Assembly: GCA_048938005.1 (NCBI GenBank)
Contig: JBHLMQ010000005.1
Coordinates: 89,826 to 153,825, forward strand
DNA: 64,000 nucleotides
Reading direction: 5' to 3'
DNA from: Promethearchaeota archaeon
GTDB lineage: Archaea > Asgardarchaeota > Lokiarchaeia > Sigyniarchaeales > SOKP01
In this document: positions 20,610 to 30,301 of the stretch, piece by piece
How the letters are laid out: the number at the start of each line of letters is the position of its first letter
Numbering within the stretch: position 1 is the first letter of the stretch
The notes under the pieces: generated by a model
What the model was told of the DNA's origin: nothing
What the model saw: the letters and a program-made list of their open reading frames with translations, nothing else
Database searches by the model: none
Translations under genes and position numbers: made by a program

Positions 20610-21998
20610 TTGGAATCTTTGAAAAGTGTTTCTAGTCTTGAAATTCCAACTAATAAGATATTCTATGATAAAAAAACTAAGGTATTCTCCGCAGAGATCT
20701 TAAATTTCATGTTTGTAGGGATTTATAAGAAATCAACAAGGATTAGCACAGTTTTAGATGACATTTTTGCATCCTTCCAGGAAATCCAAATTAATCGTGG
20801 CGATATATATTTAATAGATTTTGTTTCCAATGCAAAAATTTCTGAAACCACCAAATTAAAAAATCTAAAATTATTGAAGAAAAAGGAACCAGAAAAAAAA
20901 GCAGAAGAACCGACAGATAAACGTAAAGTTAAGGAAGAAGAGAAAGAAGAGGCTTTTGAGATTGAAGAAGAAGAATACTTAGATGAAGATATAGCAATTT
21001 TATCTTCTATTGCCGATGACGCAAAATTTAAAGAAGAAGTATATGAGGAAGAAAAATTATTAAAAAGAGATGATATGGAAAGGGAAGAGTCTCGTAGGTT
21101 AAAAGAAGCTCCAAAGGCAAAAAAGAAAACAAGAGCACTCCCCCCTTCACCACCTGGAGCTGGTGCTCCTCCTGCTAAACCTGCAATCCCTGCAGCAGCC
21201 CCACCACCTCCACCCTCAGAAGTCTTAGAGGGTCCGGGACCTCCACCACCAAAGCCGGTTCCAGAGCCTTCTATAAGTATTCCGGAAAAACCTCAACCAA
21301 CTATCTATGAGATTAATATGGGACTCCAATATTATTCTGTAATGATGCAGCAAAGGAGTTATTTGTTTTATGTGTATTTTTCACATAAAGAATTGAAGAT
21401 TGTTGATGAAGAGGGCAAGACCATATATGAGACTACATTTAAAATAATAACTTTTAAAGAAGAACCTCCAGTTCTCGATCTCAAAATTGAAGGTGAGGGT
21501 TTTGAAGTACATCCAATATTTGGAAAAGTTGAAGTTAAGAAGGATGCAGTTAATCCACCTGTTATGATTTTTTCTATCATGCCATTAAAAACTAAAAAGA
21601 AGAAAAAGAAGAAAAAAGAAAGCGAGAGAAGATACTTAAATGTTTACATTGAGTTTGAAGGGAAAATAATTAGTTATACAGTCTTATCAATAATTGTACA
21701 ACCAAAATATTTCCGACTTGATTTGGGACCAATACATTTAAACCTCAGTAAAAAAACCGCAGCAATAATATCTTTTATCTCTGTTTTAATAGCAGGAATT
21801 TCATTGGTCTGGACATTATTCTCTTGGGATCCAACGTCTAGTTTTATAGATATACTAAGTGGATTTGCTCCTGGTTTAGGCTCGATTGTATTTTTCGCAA
21901 TTTTTCTAATTACACTATTTAAGGAGGGAATATACCCACTTAAAGAGAAAATTAGTGCCTTTCTGAATTTCGATCAAACAGGAGTTCTAATAAAGTAA
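20610..21998 (+). CDS. membrane-anchored protein with acidic, proline-rich and poly-Lys low-complexity tracts
   Basis: Glu-rich segment, PPSPPG...PPPPP...PPPPKP, KTKKKKKKKKE, two C-terminal TM helices. Confidence 0.75.
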   Translation: MESLKSVSSLEIPTNKIFYDKKTKVFSAEILNFMFVGIYKKSTRISTVLDDIFASFQEIQINRGDIYLIDFVSNAKISETTKLKNLKLLKKKEPEKKAEEPTDKRKVKEEEKEEAFEIEEEEYLDEDIAILSSIADDAKFKEEVYEEEKLLKRDDMEREESRRLKEAPKAKKKTRALPPSPPGAGAPPAKPAIPAAAPPPPPSEVLEGPGPPPPKPVPEPSISIPEKPQPTIYEINMGLQYYSVMMQQRSYLFYVYFSHKELKIVDEEGKTIYETTFKIITFKEEPPVLDLKIEGEGFEVHPIFGKVEVKKDAVNPPVMIFSIMPLKTKKKKKKKKESERRYLNVYIEFEGKIISYTVLSIIVQPKYFRLDLGPIHLNLSKKTAAIISFISVLIAGISLVWTLFSWDPTSSFIDILSGFAPGLGSIVFFAIFLITLFKEGIYPLKEKISAFLNFDQTGVLIK

Positions 21999-22426
21999 GT
22001 TTTCTATAATTTTTTTTTTAACTTTTTTATTTTTTACATATTAGATTTTATTCCATTCCAAATTTCAATGATTTCGATTGGATTTTTTATAGTTATAGCT
22101 CCTTTCCTCAAAAAAAATTTAATAAAAAAATTATTTAAATAACTTTTTATTTAATTAATAAGTTATTTATCTTTTTAATAAAAAGCCAAACATTTTATAA
22201 AGATTAATAATATTATATTTCGATAAAAACGAGATTTAGAATTGAAAGAAATTCAAAAAATATTTCTTGAGATATTTAGAAATGAAAAAATTGAATTTTT
22301 GCAGATATATCCAACTATTTATGACAAAATTCATATTGCATAACAAATAAATTTCTGATATCTTAATTATATCAATCATTTCCCTTAAAAGATATTTAAA
22401 AATACGAATGAAAAAGGTGGATCATA

Positions 22427-23260
22427 ATAATAGATAAGAATAAAATAGAAGGTTTAATTCTAGCAGCAGGTTATTCTAATAGGTTTAATTTTGAAGATAA
22501 AAAATTTAAAAAGTACTTTTTAAGATTGAATAATTCTAATATTTTAGGGTATATTATTGCTGGAATGATTAAAGCAGGAATCAGAAAAATAAAGATTGTT
22601 GCTAGTAAAATTTTTAATAAAGCGAAATACAAAAAAAGAATTTTGAAATCTGTAGTTCCATCATTGATAAATTTCCATAATATTGAATTAGATATTATTG
22701 AAAATAGAATTCCAAATAGGGAAAATGGTTATAGCCTTTTTCTAGGTCTCAATACAATTTCTTCTAAATATATTTTATTATCGATGGCAGATCATATTTT
22801 TTCAAAAAATTTATTTTTTCAATTGGTAAAGAACTATAAAGGAAAGGATATTCTTTTAGCTACGGATCCAATGCACAGTAAAGGGTATTACAATATAGAG
22901 GATGCAACTAAAGTATACGGAAGAAATTCTTTTATCATCGATATCGGAAAGGATTTATCTTATTACAATCGTTTAGATATGGGTGTATTTATATTAAAAT
23001 CGAAAAATATTAAAAAAATCTGCCAGAGAGTCGAATCAAATTTATATAAATTTGGTGTTACAAATGTTGTTCTATCAGTTCTTAATTCAGATTTAAATGT
23101 TGGATATTATGATTTTCCAAATACCATATGGTTAGACATTGATGATTATAAAGTATACCTTCAATTAAAAAAAATTTTTAATAATAAATCTAGCTTTTAT
23201 CCTTTTGGTTTAATCCCCCCAAAGGACATTTATTCTTCAAATAAAGAAAAAAAACCATAA
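22427..23260 (+). CDS. NTP-transferase, CTP:inositol-1-phosphate cytidylyltransferase (IPCT)-like
   Basis: ILAAGYSNRF motif lies in frame upstream of TTG 22526; RENGYSL, MADH, EDATKV, DMGVF, WLDID. Start inferred at ATA 22427/22430 after AGGTGG. Confidence 0.8.
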   Translation: MIDKNKIEGLILAAGYSNRFNFEDKKFKKYFLRLNNSNILGYIIAGMIKAGIRKIKIVASKIFNKAKYKKRILKSVVPSLINFHNIELDIIENRIPNRENGYSLFLGLNTISSKYILLSMADHIFSKNLFFQLVKNYKGKDILLATDPMHSKGYYNIEDATKVYGRNSFIIDIGKDLSYYNRLDMGVFILKSKNIKKICQRVESNLYKFGVTNVVLSVLNSDLNVGYYDFPNTIWLDIDDYKVYLQLKKIFNNKSSFYPFGLIPPKDIYSSNKEKKP

Positions 23261-23270
23261 GATTAAGATA

Positions 23271-24629
23271 ATGTTTCATAAGATTAATCGATATAAATTA
23301 GTTAACCAAAGATCAATTAATTGTATAGGAATAATATTTCTATCTGATGATCCATTTCTTATTAAAAAAGAACCTTTCTATTTAAAAAAATTATGTGGTT
23401 TATCTATTTTAGAAAGAAATATCCGTACTTTTATTAATAATGGGATTAGAGATATTTTTATTTTAACTAATAGTACAGAAGATTTAATTATTGGTGAATT
23501 GGATAAAAATAGCCATATTAGAAAAATCAGATCGCTAGATATGATTAAGAATTCTTTAAACCAAGAAAAAATATCAAATAAAGAAATTGAATATGGTATT
23601 ATTTTAAATGGTGGAATTCTAATTGACGATAGAATAATCTCATCCTTATTAAATTCTGATGAGGAAATAATTTATATAAAGGGAAAAAATATTGAGACAA
23701 ACTGTAATAATAACCAATTAAGAAGTCTAACTTGTAAGATAAAGATTAATTTAAAAAATTTATGTTCTCAAGCAAATTCATCATTTTCTTTTACAGATTT
23801 TATTAATTCCTCTTCCTTTAATGTAAGCTCTTATCATTCTACAGATGAAATCACTACATATAAATCAGATATGAGAAGAAATGTACCATTATCTGTTTAT
23901 GTATTTCAACAATTCAATGATTTTAAATCAGTAAAAAAATTGCTTGTAAAAAAAGCACAAAAAGGGACTTTGGATTTTATTGCCTGGTACTTTAATAGAT
24001 ATTTTGAAAATTTTTTTGTTTATGTATTAGCTGATTCTAAAATTACTGCTAATCACGTTACTATTATTGTAAATATCTTCGGATTCTTTGTATTATTCTT
24101 ATTTTTAGTACATTATTGGTGGATCGGACTTATTTTATTAATCCTCATTAATATTTTAGATGGTGTAGATGGTAAACTCGCTCGTTTAAGAATGAAGGAG
24201 AGCAAAGCAGGGCACATAGAACACTCATTTGATCAGTTATATGAACAAGCGATTTACGTGGGAATAGGGCTTGGAGCGTATTTTATAATTGATTCTTTAT
24301 ATGTTATTATTGTTTTAATTATAATGCTTTTAATGGATTCTTTTAATCGACATTGTTCCATGCAATATAAAGAAGTAATGGGGATTACTTTAGCTGATAG
24401 TAGTCGATTTGATCAAATCTTTCGAAAATTTGATGGAAGAAGAAATATTTATACTTTGCATATCTTAATTTTTGGTATTTTTGGTAGTTTTGAATATATT
24501 ATTTTTTCAATTTGTGTTCATGCTATTATAACGAGTATAATTTATTCTATTCAAGCAATTAGACATATGAAAAAGATAGATGATATTAAATTGAAATATA
24601 TTAATTCAAAAACCTATAGAGGCGAATAA
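23271..24629 (+). CDS. CDP-alcohol phosphotransferase (DIPP synthase-like) with degenerate N-terminal NTP-transferase domain
   Basis: ITANHVT, ILDGVDGKLAR...GHIEHSFD; N-terminal LCGLSILERNI is an NTP-transferase-like remnant. Confidence 0.85.
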   Translation: MFHKINRYKLVNQRSINCIGIIFLSDDPFLIKKEPFYLKKLCGLSILERNIRTFINNGIRDIFILTNSTEDLIIGELDKNSHIRKIRSLDMIKNSLNQEKISNKEIEYGIILNGGILIDDRIISSLLNSDEEIIYIKGKNIETNCNNNQLRSLTCKIKINLKNLCSQANSSFSFTDFINSSSFNVSSYHSTDEITTYKSDMRRNVPLSVYVFQQFNDFKSVKKLLVKKAQKGTLDFIAWYFNRYFENFFVYVLADSKITANHVTIIVNIFGFFVLFLFLVHYWWIGLILLILINILDGVDGKLARLRMKESKAGHIEHSFDQLYEQAIYVGIGLGAYFIIDSLYVIIVLIIMLLMDSFNRHCSMQYKEVMGITLADSSRFDQIFRKFDGRRNIYTLHILIFGIFGSFEYIIFSICVHAIITSIIYSIQAIRHMKKIDDIKLKYINSKTYRGE

Positions 24630-24643
24630 TTATTAGTAAAATA

Positions 24644-24880
24644 AAAATTGCAGTTGCGGGAGTTGTTATTGATTCCATAAGATGTCTAAAGCTAGCTATA
24701 GAGAGAAACCAAGGTGGTGTTTTATATGAGCCCTCTTCATACTTTATGAAACATCCACCAATACAATATAGGGATGATGAAGCATATCAATTGACAGAAG
24801 GATTTATAAAAGGTTTCTCAGAAGTAAGAGTGGCTTTAATTGATAAATTGATTGAACAAAATGAACATGGTACTGATTAA
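24644..24880 (+). pseudogene. ino1: C-terminal fragment of myo-inositol-1-phosphate synthase
   Basis: Not in the ORF track. My translation: AGVVIDSIRCLKLAIERNQGGVLYEPSSYFMKHPPIQYRDDEAYQLTEGFIKG..., the typical IPS C-terminus. In-frame TAG at 24617 and no upstream coding part. Confidence 0.8.
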
Positions 24881-24921
24881 TAGTTTTAAGACAACTTTAA
24901 GATGTAAATAATCCTAATTTT

Positions 24922-25818
24922 TTAAACTTTTGATTTTAACTCATTCCAAAATTTCTTTTTTAAATGACTTAATTGTTTTTCTTTTAATTTGATAAAATAT
25001 AATGGTCTTTTAGCTATTAAAGGATAATTATTAATTTTTAAGGATCTAATTAAACCGGCTGATTCTGCCTTATCAACCATCATTTCACTCATAATACTAA
25101 TATAATTAGATTCACTAACAGTAGATATAATTGAATCGTTATCGTTTATTTCAAGTTCAATATCCAACTTTTTATAATCTGGAAATTGTTGCCTAAAAGT
25201 ATTTCTCATTCCAGAACCTTTCTCTCTCCAAACAAAAGGATATTTAATAAGATCATTAAAATTCACTGTATTTCCATTTCTAAGCAATTCATGATTAGGA
25301 GAACATATGAATTTAAATTCATCTTCTCCTATTTTGATATAATCGAAATCTTTTTTATCATAACTCATAAAACTGCCAATACCTGCGAAATCTGCCGTTT
25401 GATTTTTTAAATTTTCAATTGATTTCTGAGAATTATTAATTAATATTTTGAAATTTACGTTTGGGTTCTTATTTCTAAAATCTGCTATAAATCGAGGCAA
25501 AATATGAGAACCAGGAATAGTTGAGGCGGTTATAATAATATCTTCTTCCATTTGATCTTTAAATTTGAATATTTCGAGTTTGCAGCTATCGTACAGATCT
25601 ATTATCTGTTTGGCATGTTTAAGTAAAAGTTTTCCCGCTTTTGTTAGCTCAAATCTTTTTGTGGTTCTATCAATTAAGATAACTCCGCCAAAATCTTTTT
25701 CTAATTGAGATATTTGATGGGATAATGTGCTTTGGGAAATGGGGAGTTCATTTGCCAATTTCGAGAAGCTTTTAAATTGAGTTAATTTAATGAAGTTTCT
25801 TAAGTATTCAATATTCAT
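24922..25818 (-). CDS. LysR-family regulator (CysL/selenium-metabolism-associated type)
   Basis: N-terminal HTH SFSKLANELPISQSTLSHQISQLEK...DRTT; ASTIPGSHILP; REKGSG. Confidence 0.9.
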   Translation of the reverse strand: MNIEYLRNFIKLTQFKSFSKLANELPISQSTLSHQISQLEKDFGGVILIDRTTKRFELTKAGKLLLKHAKQIIDLYDSCKLEIFKFKDQMEEDIIITASTIPGSHILPRFIADFRNKNPNVNFKILINNSQKSIENLKNQTADFAGIGSFMSYDKKDFDYIKIGEDEFKFICSPNHELLRNGNTVNFNDLIKYPFVWREKGSGMRNTFRQQFPDYKKLDIELEINDNDSIISTVSESNYISIMSEMMVDKAESAGLIRSLKINNYPLIAKRPLYFIKLKEKQLSHLKKKFWNELKSKV

Positions 25819-25884
25819 ACTTTAAATCAACTTGAAAAATCTGATATTCTCTTTATTATTTAAGGTTACTAATCTATTTTTATT

Positions 25885-25923
25885 TATCGATTTTTTTAAT
25901 AGAATATTACGAAAAAATTAATA
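25885..25923. promoter_or_regulatory. paired LysR-type boxes
   Basis: TATCGATTTTTTTAATA (25885-25901; T-N11-A dyad) and a degenerate copy TTACGAAAAAATTAATA (25907-25923), 22 bp apart, between the divergent lysR and dsrE genes. Confidence 0.55.
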
Positions 25924-25996
25924 AATAGTCTAGTTTTTATGTAATTACACATAAAAGACTTATTTTAAACTATTGTATTCTAGAGGTAAATTAAAA

Positions 25997-26356
25997 ATTA
26001 TTGAAAAAAGGAAGACATTTACAATTGTAATTGGAGATGGTGCATATACTAAGGAACGCCCATATACCATGTTAAGATTTGCTTACACTGCATTATTAGA
26101 GGAGCACAAGATTAACATATTCCTAGTAGAAGATGGTATTTTTGTTGGGAAAAAAAACCAAGATCCTCAAACTTATGATAATATAGGAAAGTGGATGACT
26201 GATGTAATTTCTGAAGGAGCAAATGTGAAAGCCTGTGGAGTGTGCATGAAAGCACGTGGAATGTCTGAAGATGAATTAATGGATGGTATTGAAAAAACTA
26301 CCATGAATACTCTAGTAGAAATGTGTGAAGAAGCAGATAATGTTTTATTTAGCTAG
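25997..26356 (+). CDS. DsrE/TusD-family sulfur relay protein
   Basis: GAYTKER, IFLVEDGI, ACGVCMKARG. Start probably ATT 25997/26000 after GAGGT rather than TTG 25973. Confidence 0.85.
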   Translation: MIEKRKTFTIVIGDGAYTKERPYTMLRFAYTALLEEHKINIFLVEDGIFVGKKNQDPQTYDNIGKWMTDVISEGANVKACGVCMKARGMSEDELMDGIEKTTMNTLVEMCEEADNVLFS

Positions 26357-26377
26357 TTAGAGAAGGGTAATTGAAAA

Positions 26378-26605
26378 ATGTCAGATTCGTATAAATTAGA
26401 TTGCTCCAATCTTGTTTGTCCAATGCCAGTGGCAAAAACAAAGAGACAACTTCTAGAGATGAAAAGTGGAGATATACTAGAAGTAACTGGTGATTATGCA
26501 GAAGCAGGTGAAAATATTAAGCGATATTTAGATAAACGTGAAGATAAGATTTTAGAATACAAAAGAGATGGAGAAAACTATTATTTGAAAATTGAGAAGG
26601 CATAA
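26378..26605 (+). CDS. tusA: TusA/SirA sulfurtransferase
   Basis: LDCSNLVCPMP, GDILEV; 75 aa. Confidence 0.88.
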   Translation: MSDSYKLDCSNLVCPMPVAKTKRQLLEMKSGDILEVTGDYAEAGENIKRYLDKREDKILEYKRDGENYYLKIEKA

Positions 26606-26612
26606 TTAAATT

Positions 26613-27524
26613 TTAGTATAAAACTTTGTATTCATTTTTTTCTTCAATTGCTTCAAATAACCACATATTTTCATATTTTTCAGTTAATTCATTTGCTAAA
26701 ACTGGATCTAGGACGTTTATACAAGCAAAAATTTGCCATGGTTTTAAAGGATTTTGAAGTTTTATTAAAACTCTATTATTATCAAATATGTCATAATATG
26801 TAGGAATTCTTTTCTGAATAAATCTCAACTCAAATCCTTCTAATTCCGAAGATAAATTAAATAAATCTTTTAGATTTTTTGTCAACTTATTAAAAAGCAT
26901 TTCATTCGTAACTTTTTGTTCATCTGATAATATTCTCTCATCAAATTCGAAGCTCCATAAATATTTGATTTGAATTCCCCGATTTAAAGCTTTCAGAATC
27001 CCGTTATAGAAGATTTTAGCTTGTGGTAGGACTTTTAAGGTGTTTTCATTTAAAAAACCTGTCATTAATAACTTTTCTTTTAAAGTATTAAATCTTTTAA
27101 TATATAATTCAAAGATAGAACGCCATCCATAAGCAGTTGACCAAAACAATTTTGGCGATTCTGGTTTCAAAGAAATACTTAAATCATTAATTTTTGATTC
27201 TAATTGTTTAGCTTGATTTATTAAAAATGAAACTTTTCTTTGTTGATAATTTTTTATGTGTGAAATAACATTATGAGATGCTTCATTAAAAGATATTGCT
27301 CTATAGATCTTTGGTCTTGAATCTTGGATTTCAATCATTCCTTTATTTTTCAAAACTTCTAAAATTTCATAAATTCTACCAGTAGGTACATTTGATTTAA
27401 CACTAAGTTCTCTTGCCGTTAAATTATTAGATCTTAATAGAGTTATATAAGTATTAATTTCATAATTTGAGAGATTTGCATCTCTTAAGAAATCCTTTAA
27501 TTCTTGGGTAAATTCATTGGACAT
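26613..27524 (-). CDS. TrmB-family transcriptional regulator
   Basis: LSNYEINTYITLL...SNVPTGRIYEILEVLKNKGMI...SRPKIY, plus a PLD-like effector domain. Confidence 0.9.
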   Translation of the reverse strand: MSNEFTQELKDFLRDANLSNYEINTYITLLRSNNLTARELSVKSNVPTGRIYEILEVLKNKGMIEIQDSRPKIYRAISFNEASHNVISHIKNYQQRKVSFLINQAKQLESKINDLSISLKPESPKLFWSTAYGWRSIFELYIKRFNTLKEKLLMTGFLNENTLKVLPQAKIFYNGILKALNRGIQIKYLWSFEFDERILSDEQKVTNEMLFNKLTKNLKDLFNLSSELEGFELRFIQKRIPTYYDIFDNNRVLIKLQNPLKPWQIFACINVLDPVLANELTEKYENMWLFEAIEEKNEYKVLY

Positions 27525-27543
27525 AAGTCATCTTAAGAAAATT

Positions 27544-27633
27544 ACAACTTTAAAAAGGTTGTCTTATATTAATATATTTCAAATGAGAATATAAAAATTT
27601 AGATTTTATTATTTTCAACTTAAAAAGAGTTGA
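27544..27633. promoter_or_regulatory. two CAAC-N9-GTTG palindromes (candidate TrmB operators)
   Basis: ACAACTTTAAAAAGGTTGT at 27544-27562 and TCAACTTAAAAAGAGTTGA at 27615-27633 in the divergent promoter. Confidence 0.55.
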
Positions 27634-27678
27634 ATTTGATCGAAAAATAATAAAAGTTAAACTGTATGTATTTTCATT

Positions 27679-28173
27679 ATGGAAACAGAAGATTTGAAAG
27701 AGCTTTTAATTAAATGTTGGATGACTCATGATGGCATGTGGTTTTATCACTGCCTAAAAGAATGTGGTATGATGAAGACTAACAAAATAAATAGAGCCGC
27801 TATTAAATCATTAGCTAATGTTGAGATTAAAAGGATCAAGAGAGCTTTTAATATTAAGAAAATTGATACTTTCAATGATTTAAAGTTTCTCTTTAATAAT
27901 GCATTAAAAACATTTAAAGCTGATTTTATGGAGTTTAGCTTTAATTTTCCCAGCACAAACCATCTTCATTGCAAATTGCAAAAGTGCTGGGCTTATGATG
28001 GAATAAAAAAAATTGGAGCAATTGACCAATATGAATGTGGGATTTTTGATAGAATTGAAGGATGGTTTGAAAGTTTAGGTATTAAATATGAAGCTGAACC
28101 CGTAATAGAAGGCTGTTTAATGCATACTATTGGTCAATGTTTTAGAGATTACCATTTCTTTTTTGATAAATGA
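27679..28173 (+). CDS. DUF6125 / ATC-hydrolase-like (V4R/H-NOX fold) protein
   Basis: CWMTHDGMWF, KCWAY, YECG...GW, C...C terminal motif. Confidence 0.75.
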   Translation: METEDLKELLIKCWMTHDGMWFYHCLKECGMMKTNKINRAAIKSLANVEIKRIKRAFNIKKIDTFNDLKFLFNNALKTFKADFMEFSFNFPSTNHLHCKLQKCWAYDGIKKIGAIDQYECGIFDRIEGWFESLGIKYEAEPVIEGCLMHTIGQCFRDYHFFFDK

Positions 28174-28208
28174 GATGTAAAAACTATTTTAATTGAGGAA
28201 GAAGAAAT

Positions 28209-28748
28209 TTGGAAATAATAATGAAAGAGAAATATAAAATTCCATTAGAAACCCAAAAATTTATTTTACAGATGTGTTGGGCTCAGCATGATGGACAGTG
28301 GTTCTTAAAATCGAAAAGAAAGTATGGGATAAATGAAGCTAATCAGTTAAATCAAATGGTGGTGTCTTCAATGGGTAAAATCGAAGCTCGACATATTTTA
28401 AATGCGTTAGGGATCAAAAGAAGCTCAATTAATTCAATTTCAGAGATTTTTAAAATAATGAACACATTCATGGAGGTTATTATTCCGAAAGTTATGAAAT
28501 TCAAATTTATTGTTCATTCAGAAAGAGAAGGAATTGCTTTAGTTGAAAAATGTTTTATTTGGAAAGAAGTGGAAAAATCTAAAGAAGCTCAAGAATATAT
28601 CTGTGCTTGTAATTTCAGACATAGAGGATGGCTAGAAGCGATGGGGGTAAATGGTGAGATTATTCCATTAAAACGAATTTCTATTGGTGATGATGTTTGT
28701 AAGTTCAAATTTTTAATGAAAGGAAGTCCAATTGAAAAGGTTATTTAA
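28209..28748 (+). CDS. DUF6125 / ATC-hydrolase-like paralog
   Basis: CWAQHDGQWF, KCFIW, CAC...RGW, GDDVCKF; start may be ATG 28221. Confidence 0.75.
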   Translation: MEIIMKEKYKIPLETQKFILQMCWAQHDGQWFLKSKRKYGINEANQLNQMVVSSMGKIEARHILNALGIKRSSINSISEIFKIMNTFMEVIIPKVMKFKFIVHSEREGIALVEKCFIWKEVEKSKEAQEYICACNFRHRGWLEAMGVNGEIIPLKRISIGDDVCKFKFLMKGSPIEKVI

Positions 28749-28822
28749 TAGAAGAATTACTTAATAATTTTCTTCTATTTTTTTACTTAACATTTCTTAT
28801 TAGATTTAGAGATAAAGTAATT

Positions 28823-29302
28823 ATGATTAAACATTTTAAAATTCGTCCCGCGGAGTTCCAAGATGCAAAAGGTATACATGAAGTACTATTGGCTGCATTT
28901 GAAGAATATCGCCAGTTCTATACTCTAGAAGGATATAAAGATACTGTAATGTCAAAGGAGGCTGTGATAGAACGAATGCATGAAATGAAACTTTATGTTG
29001 CAATCGATCAAAAGACAAAATTAATTGGAACAATTGGTTGGCAAAAGGTTAGTGGTAAAGAAGGGCATATACGCGGGATGGCAGTGCTCCCAAAAAATCA
29101 GGGAGAAAATAGTCCAGCAACAGATTTATTGCAAGCAGTAGAGAATGATGCCCGTTCTAAAGGTTGTACTTATTTAACGTTAGATACTACTAATCCATTG
29201 AAAAGGGCCCAAAATTTTTATAAGAAAAGCGGTTTTAAAGAAACAGGAAAAATTAGGGATTTTTTTGGTTCGAAAGTTTACGAATATGCTAAGAAAATTT
29301 AA
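28823..29302 (+). CDS. GNAT acetyltransferase
   Basis: IRGMAVLPKNQG, AQNFYKKSGF. Confidence 0.88.
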   Translation: MIKHFKIRPAEFQDAKGIHEVLLAAFEEYRQFYTLEGYKDTVMSKEAVIERMHEMKLYVAIDQKTKLIGTIGWQKVSGKEGHIRGMAVLPKNQGENSPATDLLQAVENDARSKGCTYLTLDTTNPLKRAQNFYKKSGFKETGKIRDFFGSKVYEYAKKI

Positions 29303-29328
29303 ATGAAATGGAAAAACTTCAATAGATT

Positions 29329-29658
29329 ATGGTTATCATAACCAAATATTCTGATTTTAAAAGTAATTTAGAAAAAAATGTTAAGCTCATTGGAAATATA
29401 GCTAAGGAAATATGGCAACATCTCACAACACTTATTGATTCTCATCCATATATGAATTATCTCGATTTAGATGATGGTTATCAGATTGTAATATATACCA
29501 AGGACTCTATCTCTTGTAATGACAAAATTGAAATTATCGGTAAACTGATTAAAGTAGAGGGTAAACGTAAAAATCCAAGATCCAAAATTACTGATAAATA
29601 TTTTGAATATCAAATACTTGTTGACTCTTGGAAATGCTTAGAAAATGATTCTCTATAG
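29329..29658 (+). CDS. small OB-fold-like hypothetical protein
   Basis: 109 aa; VKLIG...KIEIIGKL...YQILVDSW beta-strand pattern (inference). Confidence 0.6.
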   Translation: MVIITKYSDFKSNLEKNVKLIGNIAKEIWQHLTTLIDSHPYMNYLDLDDGYQIVIYTKDSISCNDKIEIIGKLIKVEGKRKNPRSKITDKYFEYQILVDSWKCLENDSL

Positions 29659-29867
29659 AAACTAAAATCAAAAATGTAATAAATATATTATTATAGCGTT
29701 GGTGAATATTACTACTGGTTGATAGCACATTGATATCATCTATATCGTTCTCTTTTTTTTTCTTTTGGTAACATAATTACCGACAAAAATATGCAAAAAT
29801 AAATAAATACCATATTTCCATTAGATTTCATAAGAATATATTTTTCATTTTTAAAGGGGTATATTAT

Positions 29868-30170
29868 ATGGATTTCGAAGAGTTATATTTAGTTTTAAAT
29901 AAACGAGGATTTTTTAATACTTTTCAGGTTCTTTCACAATATAAAGAATATAAAGCGGAAAAAGGAGAATTTTATAGGACACTTATAGAGTTTAGTAATT
30001 ATAATTCCTTTCTACGTATTAAAAATAAATTACTAAAAATAGAGTTAATACATCTCGAAATAAATAACGGAGAGGAGTATATTGGGCTTACTGAAAAAGG
30101 AAAAACGGTATATGAAAGTTTAGTACAACTGAATAATTTAATTAAAGAAAGCAATAATACCCAATCATAA
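29868..30170 (+). CDS. winged-helix protein
   Basis: L..IELI...YIGLTEKGK wing signature; GGGG SD upstream. Confidence 0.7.
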   Translation: MDFEELYLVLNKRGFFNTFQVLSQYKEYKAEKGEFYRTLIEFSNYNSFLRIKNKLLKIELIHLEINNGEEYIGLTEKGKTVYESLVQLNNLIKESNNTQS

Positions 30171-30301
30171 AAGTCTTAATTGCCCAAAACCTTAGAAAAA
30201 GATTGAGTAAGATAACTAAATTAAAAAATTATATTTACTTCTTCAGTTTTATTCGACTATTAAACTAAATATTAATTAGCTTCTATAAATGGATACGTCT
30301 T

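Noticed and set aside
22242-22343. 33-aa ORF MKEIQKIFLEIFRNEK... upstream of the IPCT gene
   Set aside because: No recognisable motif and a weak SD; expected by chance in AT-rich DNA, though a relic cannot be excluded.
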